This document shows positions 38,473 through 48,391 of a stretch of 64,000 nucleotides of DNA, piece after piece. A program made the position numbers and the translations under genes. The notes under the pieces are model-generated. The model saw only the letters and a program-made list of their open reading frames with translations, did no database searches and was not told where the DNA came from. Every line of letters begins with the position of its first letter. The stretch's first letter is position 1. Origin of the DNA: Minisyncoccota bacterium (GTDB lineage Bacteria; Patescibacteriota; Minisyncoccia; UBA6257; JAGOQP01); NCBI GenBank assembly GCA_017991375.1, contig JAGOQP010000005.1, positions 8,348 through 72,347 on the forward strand, written 5' to 3'.

Positions 38473-38910
38473 TTACTCAATTCCTCTGCTGGCAGAACGT
38501 TGGGTGTCGCGTTTTTTTATCGTTTCACGCTTGTCTCCCTTGGTTTTGCTTTTAGCAAGCCCTAATTCCAACTTTATTTTGCCATGATTATTATACAATT
38601 TTAGTGGCACTAGCGTCAAGCCCTTCTGTTGCGTGGCACCTAGGAGCTCTTTTATTTCTTTTTTATTGAGCAATAATGCGCGTGCCCGCGTGGGGTCATA
38701 CCCCGGAGCCGTGTTTTTTTGTTGGTAGGGGCCGATAGTGGCGCCTACAAGCCATGCGGTATTATTGTATATTTTTGCGAACGAGCCGATAATACTTGCT
38801 TTGCCAACCGTTACCGCTTTTGCTTCGTGTCCGAGTAATGAAAGCCCCGCCTCGTAGGTTGAGAGGATTTCATAATCGAATCGTGCTTTTTTATTTACAA
38901 TCGGTTCCAT
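38473..38910 (-). CDS. smpB: SsrA-binding protein SmpB
   Basis: KKARFDYEILSTYEAGLSLLGHEAKAV...GKIKLELGLAKSK. Adjacent to ssrA. Confidence 0.9.
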   Translation of the reverse strand: MEPIVNKKARFDYEILSTYEAGLSLLGHEAKAVTVGKASIIGSFAKIYNNTAWLVGATIGPYQQKNTAPGYDPTRARALLLNKKEIKELLGATQQKGLTLVPLKLYNNHGKIKLELGLAKSKTKGDKRETIKKRDTQRSASRGIE

Positions 38911-39001
38911 GCTCTTTTGTAGTATACATAAAAACGACGCATTGTTATATGCGTTACCGTATTAGTTGAAGAAAGGGCGCATATTTGCTATAGTTTTTTG
39001 T

Positions 39002-42000
39002 ATGCTACGAAATCTTAAATCGTTTACCCCTCCCGAACTAGAAGAAAAAGTGCTGGCACTCTGGAAAGAAAAGAATGTATTCAAAAAATCTATTACTCCC
39101 AAGAAAGGCGCGCGTGTTCGCCGATTTAATTTTTGGGAAGGACCGCCAACTGCCAACGGACGCCCCGGGATTCATCATGTGCTCGCGCGAGCGTTTAAAG
39201 ACGTGGTGTTGCGATTTAAAACGATGCAGGGCTTTATTGTTCCTCGAAAAGGGGGGTGGGATACGCACGGATTACCAGTTGAACTACAAGTAGAAAAGCA
39301 ACTAGGATTTACATCAAAAAAAGACATTGAAGCATTTGGTGTCGCTTCGTTTAACCAAAAGTGTAAAGAGTCGGTGTGGCTGTATAAGAGTGAGTGGGAG
39401 AAGCTCACTGAACGTATGGGGTATTGGTTGGATCTTGAACACCCATATGTGACGTATCACAAGAGCTATATGGAGTCGCTGTGGTGGATTATCAAACAGA
39501 TTTGGGACAAGGGGTTGTTGTATAAAGGACACAAAGTTGTTCCCTGGTGCACGCGTTGTGGCACGGCTCTTTCGTCTCACGAATTGGCACAAGGGTACAA
39601 AGAAGTAACTGATACATCGGTGTATGTAAAGTTTAAATTATTACCAAAACAAAAAATCGGTTCTTTTGTTACTGATGATAATACATTCATTCTTTCGTGG
39701 ACGACAACGCCGTGGACATTGCCAGGAAATGTTGCGCTCGCGGTTGGAGAAAAGATTCAATACAAAGCAGTGAAAGACCAAGAGAGTAAAGAAGTGTACA
39801 TCTTAGCATATGAATTAATAGAGAATGTGTTAAAGAAGGATGGATTGGAACCTATATCCGATATAAAAGGAAAGGATCTTGTCGGACTTTCGTACGAACC
39901 TCTTTTTAACGTGCCGTCACTCCATTCGGGCACATCATACCGCGTATATCCTGCTGATTTTGTGACGACAACCGATGGAACCGGTGTTGTGCACACCGCG
40001 GTTATGTACGGTGAAGATGATTACGTCTTAGGAAAAGAAGTTGAATTGCCACAAAAACACACCGTTGATGAGCAAGGATTTTTTACTAAGGAGGTAGTCG
40101 ATCTTGCGGGTCTCTACGCCAAAGATAAAAAAACAGAAGAAACTATTGTGCGTATTCTTTCGCAAAAAAATCTAATTCTTTCCACAGTTCCTCACACACA
40201 TGACTATCCTCATTGCTGGAGATGTGGCACGCCTCTTTTGTACTACGCTCGCTCATCGTGGTTTGTCGCGATGTCGAAATTACGCGCCCAACTTATTGAA
40301 TCAAACAAGGACACCATTTGGGTCCCCTCACATATTAAAGAAGGACGATTTGGTGAATGGCTTTCTGAAGTTAAGGATTGGAATTTTTCCCGTGAGCGGT
40401 ATTGGGGAACACCGCTTCCTATATGGGAATGTTCGTGCGGTCATCAAGAGGCGATAGGGAGTTATATGGAATTAAGTGCGCGTCTGCCACACTCTACTAA
40501 CCGCTACATTTTCGTGCGGCACGGAGAAGCGGGCCATAATATAAAACATATCATTAACTCAGATCCTAAAAATAAAGACGAATTTTCTCTCACTAAAAAA
40601 GGAGAACAACAGGTTGCAAAAACAGCGGCACAACTTAAAAAAACATTTAAGCGAGTAGACGCGCTCTATTCATCCGATTTTATTCGTGCCAGAGAAACGG
40701 CGAGTATTATCGCTCGCGCAGTGGGGGCATCTCACGTTCATTATGACCCGAGATTAAGAGAAATTTTTGTCGGTTCATTTGAAGGAGAGCATATGGATCG
40801 ATACCATCACTACTACGCATCACTCGAAGAAAAATTTATAAAACCAGCTCCCGAGGGAGAAAGTTTACAAGATGTTGCCGCTCGCGTGTGGGATTTTATC
40901 TCCGCGTGTGAAAAGAAGCATACAAATGAAACCATTGTGGTGGTAAGTCACGAGTATCCTATATGGATGCTTGAAGCAGTGCTTTCCGGTTGGAGTCAAG
41001 AGGAGGCGGTAGCCAAAAAAGAAAGCCGTGGCGATGATTTTATTGCTCTTGCCGAGTCGCGCGCGGTAGAGTGCGTCGCCGCGTCACGTGACGAGAAGGG
41101 TTTTGCTGATTATCACAAACCATACATTGACGCGGTTACTATTCCCTGTAAGAAATGCGGTGCTCATATGACGCGCGTGAAGGAGGTTGTAGATGTGTGG
41201 TTTGATTCTGGCGCAATGCCGTTTGCGCAATCGCATTATCCATTTGGGGCAACCAACAACCAACCCTTCGATCCCTCAGGATCTGCCATAAGCAGACAAC
41301 CAACAACCAACGAAAAAAAATAGGGAACGAAAGATAAAAAACAAAACATCGATGAGCTTGTCTATCCGGCGGAGTATATTTCCGAAGCCATTGATCAAAC
41401 ACGTGGGTGGTTCTACACCCTATTAGCGGTGGCAACGCTTTTGGGAAAGCCCACCCCGTATAAAAACATTATTTGTCTTGGACACATCAACGACAAAAAT
41501 GGACAAAAAATGTCCAAGTCAAAAGGAAATATTGTTGATCCATGGGGAGTGGCCAACAAATATGGCATGGATGCTATTCGGTGGTATTTGTACTCCGTCA
41601 ACAGCCCGGGAGATCCAAAGAACTTTGATGAGGACGAGGTGGCAAAAATTGTACGTAGCGTACTACTCACACTCTATAACTCGTTTGTATTTTTAAACGT
41701 GTATGGAAAAGACAAGTTGTTGCTTACCAGACAGCCGGCGGCAGTGGGGGCGCTTGATACATGGATCTACGCGCGCGTTGCCCAGGTAAGTGCCGCGGTA
41801 CGTGAACGTATGGACGCATACGACATTACCAAATCCACTCAACTCATAGAAGAATTTATCGACGATTTGTCGCGGTGGTATATTCGTCGTTCTCGCAAGC
41901 GATTTCAGCGCCCTCAAAACGCGGCCGAACATCAACGCGTGTCCGCGGTTCTTGCATTTGTGCTTTTTGAAACAAGTAAAATAATCGCTCCATTTCTTCC

Positions 42001-42676
42001 TTTTTTTGCCGAGGAGCTTTATCAGTCGCTTGTTCATATGTATCGATGCGATGCTAAGGACTCTGTTCATCTGGCGTCATGGCCGCAAAGTTCAAAATCA
42101 ACATTTAATAATGCTTTGTGCGAGCATATGACGCGAGTGCGTTCCATTGCTTCACTCGCATTAGCGTTGCGCGCTGAGCTTGGTATAAAAGTTCGTCAAC
42201 CGCTTGCCACTCTGACGGTTAAGGGAGATGTTTTTTCGGGAGTATTTGCACAAGAACTTCTGGATATTCTTAAAGAGGAGGTGAACGTAAAAAACGTGGT
42301 GTTCGATAAAAATCTTGATACCGATGTTATATTAGATACTGTTATTACGCCAGAACTTAGAGCAGAAGGATTGCTTCGCGAAATGACTCGTGTGGTACAA
42401 GATCTTCGTCAAGAGGCGGGGTATGTGCCGCAAGATACTATCGCGCTGTGGATCGACACCAATGGTTCGCTCGCGCCGCTTCTTCGTACGCATCAGGAAC
42501 GGTTTGCAAAAGACGTTGGAGCATACGTAGTTAATTTTGAAAAAAGCGCACTCTTTGACGCAGAAATAGAGACCAAGGTTGATGATCAGCGGGTGTGGGT
42601 GGGGGTCAAAAAAGAGACAAACAACTCACGACATACAACCAACAACAAGAAAGAAAAGAAGAATAAGAGGCATTAA
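39002..42676 (+). CDS. ileS: Isoleucine--tRNA ligase (type 2, Cys-knuckle type). One frame throughout, interrupted by a single in-frame TAG at 41321-41323, with an embedded histidine-phosphatase domain
   Basis: HIGH = PGIHHVLARAFKD. KMSKS = KMSKSKGN (41507-41530). The editing/CP1 and anticodon-binding regions are present. Across the TAG the frame reads ...[44 protein letters not shown]..., which is the conserved IleRS '..DQ.RGWF' block. A PGAM-like domain (RYIFVRHGEAGHN ... IVVVSHEYPIWMLEAVL) sits between WECSCG and PCKKCGAH. Confidence 0.85.
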
Positions 42677-42717
42677 ATTCAACACTGTTTCTGGCGGTTT
42701 TAAATTGTGCTGTATCA

Positions 42718-42750
42718 AAAAAAGAAGGGATATCCTTCTCTTTTTGAATT
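42718..42750 (+). terminator. Terminator after ileS
   Basis: aaaaaaagaagggatatccttctcttttt. Confidence 0.65.
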
Positions 42751-42786
42751 CACCAACCTCCACGATCGTGGAGGTTAACGGGAGAG

Positions 42787-43698
42787 TTATTTGAGGTATG
42801 CTTTTACGTTCGTGCTCATTTTCATAAAGATGTCATAAGTCCCCCGTATTTGAGAAAGGGCCTTGGTAACCAGCTCTTCTATGTGCTGGTTGATAAGAAC
42901 TTCCTCTGGTGGTCTTTTTTCAGTTGAGCTCGCGTCCAATTCTTTTTCATACGCAATAGCAAGGTCGGTAGAGAGTTTTTCTATGAATAACTTTGTCGAC
43001 GTACCTTGATGGGGAGTGTAAAGATTAAACACAATAGTAGTTGCCTGATCGTTATATTGGTGCGCGTTTTTTGCTGACACACTTGCTTGGTCGAACATTT
43101 TACGAAGCGACTGATTTTTAGTGAGCTTTTTTTCGTAGATGTTATTAATATCCACGCCAATTTTTTCTAGTCGTTGATCGGTGAGTTTTAAAATTGAATC
43201 GATTGACGCCGTGACAGCAATATTATTTGCTTGAGTAAGAAGAGGGTCTATAACAGTGGTTTTTATCGTCTCGATTTCCTTTGCGACGTTTTTTAGTTCA
43301 TCAAGGGTTGTGCTCTGCGTAAGCGTGTCTTGACTTTTTTCTAACGTGTCGGTGGCGTTTTCTAACGACTTCGTAAGCGTCTCTTTTATGGCGTCCCACT
43401 CATCCGAATCGGGAAGTATCGCGTCAGACACTCTCTTTTTCATTTCTAATACCTGTGTTTTTGATACATCGATAACGTCCGCGATGATACTTTTTTTCAA
43501 TTTCAACTCAAGCTCTGCTTTTTGCTCGGCAGAGAGCGTGGTGTCATCCTTGATAGTGGCAAGTTTTTGAAGATCGTCTTTGGTTGTTGAAAGTTTTTGT
43601 TCAATATCAGGTGACTGCGCCCACACCGGAACCGCGCTTGTAAGGAGCGCGATTGATATCATGCTTATAGCAAAATAATAAAATAATCTTTTTCTCAT
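42787..43698 (-). CDS. Secreted coiled-coil protein (third gene of sigma module 1; DUF5667-like?)
   Basis: Signal peptide + Ala-X-Ala site (VPVWAQS), then ~270 aa with a K/E/L/T-rich coiled-coil prediction. Confidence 0.35.
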   Translation of the reverse strand: MRKRLFYYFAISMISIALLTSAVPVWAQSPDIEQKLSTTKDDLQKLATIKDDTTLSAEQKAELELKLKKSIIADVIDVSKTQVLEMKKRVSDAILPDSDEWDAIKETLTKSLENATDTLEKSQDTLTQSTTLDELKNVAKEIETIKTTVIDPLLTQANNIAVTASIDSILKLTDQRLEKIGVDINNIYEKKLTKNQSLRKMFDQASVSAKNAHQYNDQATTIVFNLYTPHQGTSTKLFIEKLSTDLAIAYEKELDASSTEKRPPEEVLINQHIEELVTKALSQIRGTYDIFMKMSTNVKAYLK

Positions 43699-43702
43699 AC
43701 TA

Positions 43703-44227
43703 TTATTTACTTATCGTGTCTAAGATATTATTTATTTCTGTATTTATATCGTGTATTGCGCTGGGATCTTCTACTTGCGTTATTTTCTGCGCCTCAGTTC
43801 CAATAACTGTTTCGTTAAGATGATTGAGTTGTTGTGTTGATACATTATTAAGAGCGCTTGTTGTTTCACGCGCTGTTTTCTTAAAATGTTCGATTTGTGC
43901 CAATTGTATTGAAATCGTTTGATTAATCATATCTGCTTCGGCGACAATTTTCTTTTCGTTTAATCCTGGCAAGAGCAAAGGAGAGAGTTGTATGGTGGCA
44001 ACATATACACCCATTGCCAAAAGTCCAACCACCATAACCAAAGAGGCGGTATTTACCAAAGAGAGTACAAATGGCCGGCGCGCGATTCCGATAGGCAACG
44101 ATTCCACGGTTTCTCTTGTTGATTGTTTTGGCGCCGCGAGAATCAACCGTTTTGCCATACGGGAATAATCCGCGTCCGGGCGGATTGTTTTTAATTGGTT
44201 AAATACATTGCGTAAACGGTTATTCAT
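43703..44227 (-). CDS. Putative single-pass anti-sigma factor
   Basis: 174 aa with a cytoplasmic N-terminus, central TM (FVLSLVNTASLVMVVGLLAMGVYV) and an extracytoplasmic C-terminus. Immediately follows the ECF sigma gene with a 1-nt gap. Confidence 0.45.
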   Translation of the reverse strand: MNNRLRNVFNQLKTIRPDADYSRMAKRLILAAPKQSTRETVESLPIGIARRPFVLSLVNTASLVMVVGLLAMGVYVATIQLSPLLLPGLNEKKIVAEADMINQTISIQLAQIEHFKKTARETTSALNNVSTQQLNHLNETVIGTEAQKITQVEDPSAIHDINTEINNILDTISK

Positions 44228-44228
44228 A

Positions 44229-44777
44229 CTACTGTTCTATTGCTTTTTTTATCTTTTTTAGCGCCCTCATCTGTATAATGCGGACGGCTCCTTGTGTTTT
44301 TCCTATGGCTCGGGCTATTTCTTTATGTGATAACTCCTGTACGAATCGCATGAGGATAATATCCTGCTGTTCATGGGAGAGCATCTTAAGCGCTTCCATA
44401 ACGCGTTGCATATCTAATCGTGTCGCTGTTTCTTTTTCGATCCCCTCTGTCGCGCCAAGCGCTTCTTCGGCGATTGCCTCTATGTGTATTGGCGTGTGTT
44501 GTGTTCGGTAGTGATCGATAACTTTATTTCGCGCGATCCGGTAGAGCCAACTCGCAAAAGGGAGTCCATGGTCTATAAAATGTTCTATGGTTTGCCACGC
44601 GCTCAAAAATACTTGGTGGGTGAGATCCTCGGCGTCCTCACGACGGCTTACTTTGAGATAAATAAACCGATAGATGGCTGGCTGATACCGGTCATAGAGC
44701 AAGCCAAAAGCCGAGGACTCACCCTCCGTGGCTCTTTGTATCAGCTCTTTTTCATTATCGGTGTGTCCATCTACCAT
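44229..44777 (-). CDS. ECF-type RNA polymerase sigma-70 factor
   Basis: Region 2 (LLYDRYQPAIYRFIYLKVSRREDAEDLTHQVFLSAW) and region 4 HTH (LSHKEIARAIGKTQGAVRIIQMRALKKI). Confidence 0.8.
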   Translation of the reverse strand: MVDGHTDNEKELIQRATEGESSAFGLLYDRYQPAIYRFIYLKVSRREDAEDLTHQVFLSAWQTIEHFIDHGLPFASWLYRIARNKVIDHYRTQHTPIHIEAIAEEALGATEGIEKETATRLDMQRVMEALKMLSHEQQDIILMRFVQELSHKEIARAIGKTQGAVRIIQMRALKKIKKAIEQ

Positions 44778-44921
44778 ACTTTATAACGAATTATATTCCC
44801 TTTAGTTTCACTAACTCTCTTAAAAAAGGCCTTTTTTGGCCCGATACTCCTTATTTTAGCACATATTTTTCTATTAACCACCTTTTTGCCTTTTGAGATT
44901 GGCTCATCTATTATATGAGCA

Positions 44922-46175
44922 ATGAACAAGTGGGTAATCGGCTTTTGTGCTATCCTTCTCTTTTTTGTTGGAGGCGCTTTTTTGCTTTGGGTACATCGAA
45001 CGTCGTCTCTGTCGTTAGTAGACAATAAAGAAGCCCACACATCTCCCTCTCTGGATTCGACTTCAACCCCATTGGTAGTAGACGACTTTCAAAAAAATGT
45101 AACCGCATATTGCGGGCCAGATACGGTTCTTTTTGATCAAGTTGATACATATTACTGTCAGTCATCTCCCAAGTTGGATCGGTTTAGACTTTTTGAAATA
45201 AATTTAACCGACAATCGTATTCTTTTTTATGAAAATGGTATGTTGGGGCGCACATTCCCAGTTGCGTATCAGGCGCCCTATGGGGCGTGGTTTCAAACTC
45301 CAACGGGATATTTTACCGTGGGCGTCAAAAAACAGAAATTCCTATCGTCGATCGTCCCGGTTTTTATGGAAAACGCCGTTCAGATGTACGAAGATTTTTT
45401 TATCCATAATATTCCCTATTATCGGGATGGAACAAAAGTGACCAGTCAGTTTTCTGGGGGGTGTCTTCGTCTCGAGGACGATATTGCCAGGGATTTTTTT
45501 GACTTGGTACAGTCAGGAGATTCTGTGGTGTCGTACACCACACTTACTAACCTCACGGTACGTTCCGGTTTTGCTAGTCCGGTACAACAAAATATGTTTT
45601 GGATTCGCCAGCGGTTTAATTCTCCGCTCAAAGTGCAGTGGAAATGGTCTGCCGATAAGCGCGATGATTACATTCAACACGCGGGCCTTGATCTTGCTCC
45701 CATTCCTCACTCATTAGATCGGGGAGTATACAGCATCGGGTCGGGCGTTGTCGATCGTATTATTTATAATGGTCAGGATGACGCAGGATTGGGTAATACG
45801 ATTATTATTAAGCATTTGTTTGACGGCACGGCTGTTTATTCACTTTATGGGCACCTAGCTTCGATTTCCGAATCGCTTTCTGTTGGTCAGAGTATCGCGA
45901 CGGGAACATCTATTGGTATTGTCGGTAATACTGGGTACGGGTGTTCGTATTGGCATGTTGGTGCTGATGGGTGTGAGGTAATCGATGATCCAGATGTCCA
46001 TCTTCATTTTGAGTTAAAAAAATCACCAACACTTGAACCCCCAATAGATGCATCGTGCCCGATCGCTAACCATAAAGGAGATCGATGTATCGGATACACA
46101 CCAGAAAATCCAATGCAATTTGGTTATTATGATCCGTTCACCTTTCTGTTTGAAGATCAATCGTTTGGACTATGA
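44922..46175 (+). CDS. Membrane-anchored L,D-transpeptidase (YkuD) fused to an M23/LytM peptidase domain
   Basis: YkuD core: FYENGMLGRTFPVAYQAPYGAWFQTPTGYF...IHNIPYYRDGTKVTSQFSGGCLRL (catalytic His/Cys). C-terminal M23: HAGLDLA...GNTIIIKH...YGHLASI...GNTGYGCSYWHVGADGCEVIDDPDVHLHFEL. Confidence 0.7.
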   Translation: MNKWVIGFCAILLFFVGGAFLLWVHRTSSLSLVDNKEAHTSPSLDSTSTPLVVDDFQKNVTAYCGPDTVLFDQVDTYYCQSSPKLDRFRLFEINLTDNRILFYENGMLGRTFPVAYQAPYGAWFQTPTGYFTVGVKKQKFLSSIVPVFMENAVQMYEDFFIHNIPYYRDGTKVTSQFSGGCLRLEDDIARDFFDLVQSGDSVVSYTTLTNLTVRSGFASPVQQNMFWIRQRFNSPLKVQWKWSADKRDDYIQHAGLDLAPIPHSLDRGVYSIGSGVVDRIIYNGQDDAGLGNTIIIKHLFDGTAVYSLYGHLASISESLSVGQSIATGTSIGIVGNTGYGCSYWHVGADGCEVIDDPDVHLHFELKKSPTLEPPIDASCPIANHKGDRCIGYTPENPMQFGYYDPFTFLFEDQSFGL

Positions 46176-47086
46176 GGCGCATATTAATCAATGGCGTGCT
46201 TTTTATAGCGGTGTTTGTCATCGTCGGTTTTTTCTTTATTCATCACAATTCATTTTTCCCTCTCGTTAATAGAGAGCCTTTTTCTGACTATAGTTCATTC
46301 CCAAAACTGCGCGTTGCCACGCCGTACCCTTTTTTGGGTAATCTTATTTCTACTGTTGGGGGAGATCGCGTTGATATTATCTATATGCGTTGTGAAATTG
46401 ATGACGCTGATTGTGTAGGTACTTTTAAAAATACTATTGATCGGGACGATATTAAAGCTCTTTTTGTGCTTGGGCTCGCGGTGGATTCATGGGCGACGTC
46501 GCTTGACGACAAAATTGCAGTCGTCTCTTTTTTTGACGCGCTCAATTCGTCAACGGTTCACTCCGATTCTCAGAATGAACGCGTATTTCCAAAACGGGAT
46601 TCATATTTTTGGCTCGCTCCCTCTCGTGTACGGAAAATGACGGACTATATAGCTCGAACTTTGGCACAATTAGACGCGCTTCATCGGGAGCTTTATATCA
46701 GCAATGCGTATGACTATGGCGCTATGCTTGATATCGCGCGTCGCCAAGCGCGCGATGGAATCGCTCATAACAATCGCAAACCTCTTTTTGTGTACGGTGA
46801 TACCTGGGGCGATTTTCTAAGCGATATAGAAATTACTCCACGAGAAAATATTATTCCCGCTTCGTCTTCCAATGTATTTTTTGACAAAGTAGCCAAACAA
46901 ATCAGAGCGCATAATGGAGTCCTTTTAGTTGACACGACATTTCCCCTTTCTGATTTTGCTCTGCGTACGCGAGAGCATCCTATCGCCACGGCTCTTATCG
47001 ATCCTTTGGGGGATCTTTTTAATACTGATTATATTGATGTGTTCCGTTACAACGTTGCTCAGATTGCTCGTGTTGTGTTGCCATAA
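46172..47086 (+). CDS. Hypothetical membrane-anchored protein, possibly a degenerate TroA/ZnuA-like periplasmic binding fold
   Basis: N-terminal TM. Spacing of hydrophobic blocks resembles the ZnuA family, but the metal-binding His are not evident (DDADCVGTF where HEYEP would be). Confidence 0.25.
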   Translation: MRRILINGVLFIAVFVIVGFFFIHHNSFFPLVNREPFSDYSSFPKLRVATPYPFLGNLISTVGGDRVDIIYMRCEIDDADCVGTFKNTIDRDDIKALFVLGLAVDSWATSLDDKIAVVSFFDALNSSTVHSDSQNERVFPKRDSYFWLAPSRVRKMTDYIARTLAQLDALHRELYISNAYDYGAMLDIARRQARDGIAHNNRKPLFVYGDTWGDFLSDIEITPRENIIPASSSNVFFDKVAKQIRAHNGVLLVDTTFPLSDFALRTREHPIATALIDPLGDLFNTDYIDVFRYNVAQIARVVLP

Positions 47087-47184
47087 TACACAGACATTTT
47101 ATTGTTTGTGGGTAGGAGATTGGTGCGGTATACTCAATAGGTGTCTTGAGCGCGACACATTTTGTGTATGAGAACGTCTTTTCT

Positions 47185-47736
47185 ATGGAACGATTGAATC
47201 TCAAAAAACTTGTTACTCAATCGCGCGAGCTTGATCAGGAAGCATTTTCTATTTTGTATAAAGAATATATCACTCCGGTGTATCGGTTTTTATATATTCG
47301 CACGGGCAACCGAGATCTCGCGCAGGATCTTACCCACACTACTTTCGTTAAAGCATGGGAGGCGCGAAGTACCCTTATTCAATCTCATCGGGCATGGCTT
47401 ATCTCCATCGCGCGCAACACGCTCATCGATTATTGGCGGAAAAAAAAGGAGATTCCGCTTGATGACACGCATACACAATCGCTTTTGGATGAGAGTAGCT
47501 CATTAGAATATCAGCTTGATAAAGATAGACAACGCAAGGGTGTTTATGCCGCGTTATCGCAATTGAGTGATGAGCAACAAGAAATTATTATACTAAAGTT
47601 TATTTCGGAGCTTGATAACAAAACCATTGCTCGTGTTACTAAAAAATCACAAACAGCTATTCGCTCGTTGCAGTATCGCGCGCTTACTCAACTTCGTCGT
47701 GTGTTAAGAAAAGAAAATAATCAGGGTTACCAATAA
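47185..47736 (+). CDS. ECF-type RNA polymerase sigma-70 factor (paralog of 44229..44777)
   Basis: Region 2 ILYKEYITPVYRFLYIRTGNRDLAQDLTHTTFVKAW and region 4 LSDEQQEIIILKFISELDNKTIARVTKKSQTAIRSLQYRAL. Start at Met-14 of ORF 47146. Confidence 0.8.
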   Translation: MERLNLKKLVTQSRELDQEAFSILYKEYITPVYRFLYIRTGNRDLAQDLTHTTFVKAWEARSTLIQSHRAWLISIARNTLIDYWRKKKEIPLDDTHTQSLLDESSSLEYQLDKDRQRKGVYAALSQLSDEQQEIIILKFISELDNKTIARVTKKSQTAIRSLQYRALTQLRRVLRKENNQGYQ

Positions 47737-47737
47737 T

Positions 47738-48382
47738 ATGCGCCAAACAGTCACACGCCATACTAGCATAGAGCAGGCAGTGCAGGCCGCTGATCCACAT
47801 CAAGCACTAACGTTTTTAAAAGAGCTTTCCGATACTGAGCTGGCGGATGCGTTATCGGCGCTCAGCGCGCATGCCGATACCATAGAGCCCGATAAGGCGT
47901 TTGTACTCTCTTTGATTAGCGAACTGTCAAATCGGGGAGCGTCAACTAAATCTTCACTGAAACAATCAATAATACCCATGGGGAACACGCGTTTTCGGAT
48001 GCGGGTTAGACTTTTGTCTATGGTACGTTTTGTCGCGCCAGCTGTTTTAGTGATGCTTGTTGGCGTAGTGGTCCTTCTCCATCCATTTTCGAGAGAGCAG
48101 CAGCAGGTAGCCGAATTAAAAACGATTGGTAGTAGTGAAAAAACATTTTCTGAATCATCGTCTCACATTGCGCCCTATTTTACCGAAGAGAAAGCGCTTT
48201 CTGGTGTTGATCAGTCCATTGCTGATATTGCTCAACTTTCGGCACCAGTGGAACAGAATTCATTTGATGTTACAGCAGTCGATAAGGAGGCAGCGCAAGC
48301 TATGGCGAGTGCCGATCTTAACATATTGTGGGCAAGCGATTCTGCAATCAAGGAAATTGACATTGCCTTGAGTAATTTTTAA
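47738..48382 (+). CDS. Putative single-pass anti-sigma factor (module 2)
   Basis: Starts 2 nt after the sigma stop. Central TM VAPAVLVMLVGVVVLL. Confidence 0.45.
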   Translation: MRQTVTRHTSIEQAVQAADPHQALTFLKELSDTELADALSALSAHADTIEPDKAFVLSLISELSNRGASTKSSLKQSIIPMGNTRFRMRVRLLSMVRFVAPAVLVMLVGVVVLLHPFSREQQQVAELKTIGSSEKTFSESSSHIAPYFTEEKALSGVDQSIADIAQLSAPVEQNSFDVTAVDKEAAQAMASADLNILWASDSAIKEIDIALSNF

Positions 48383-48391
48383 AAGTGGTGT

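Noticed and set aside
41321-41323. Genome-wide reassignment of TAG to a sense codon to explain the in-frame TAG in ileS
   Set aside because: TAG terminates several well-conserved genes here (nusA at 19631-33, hppA at 21665-67, glyA at 26073-75), and no CUA-anticodon tRNA is present in the window. A local explanation is more likely: pseudogene, read-through or assembly error.
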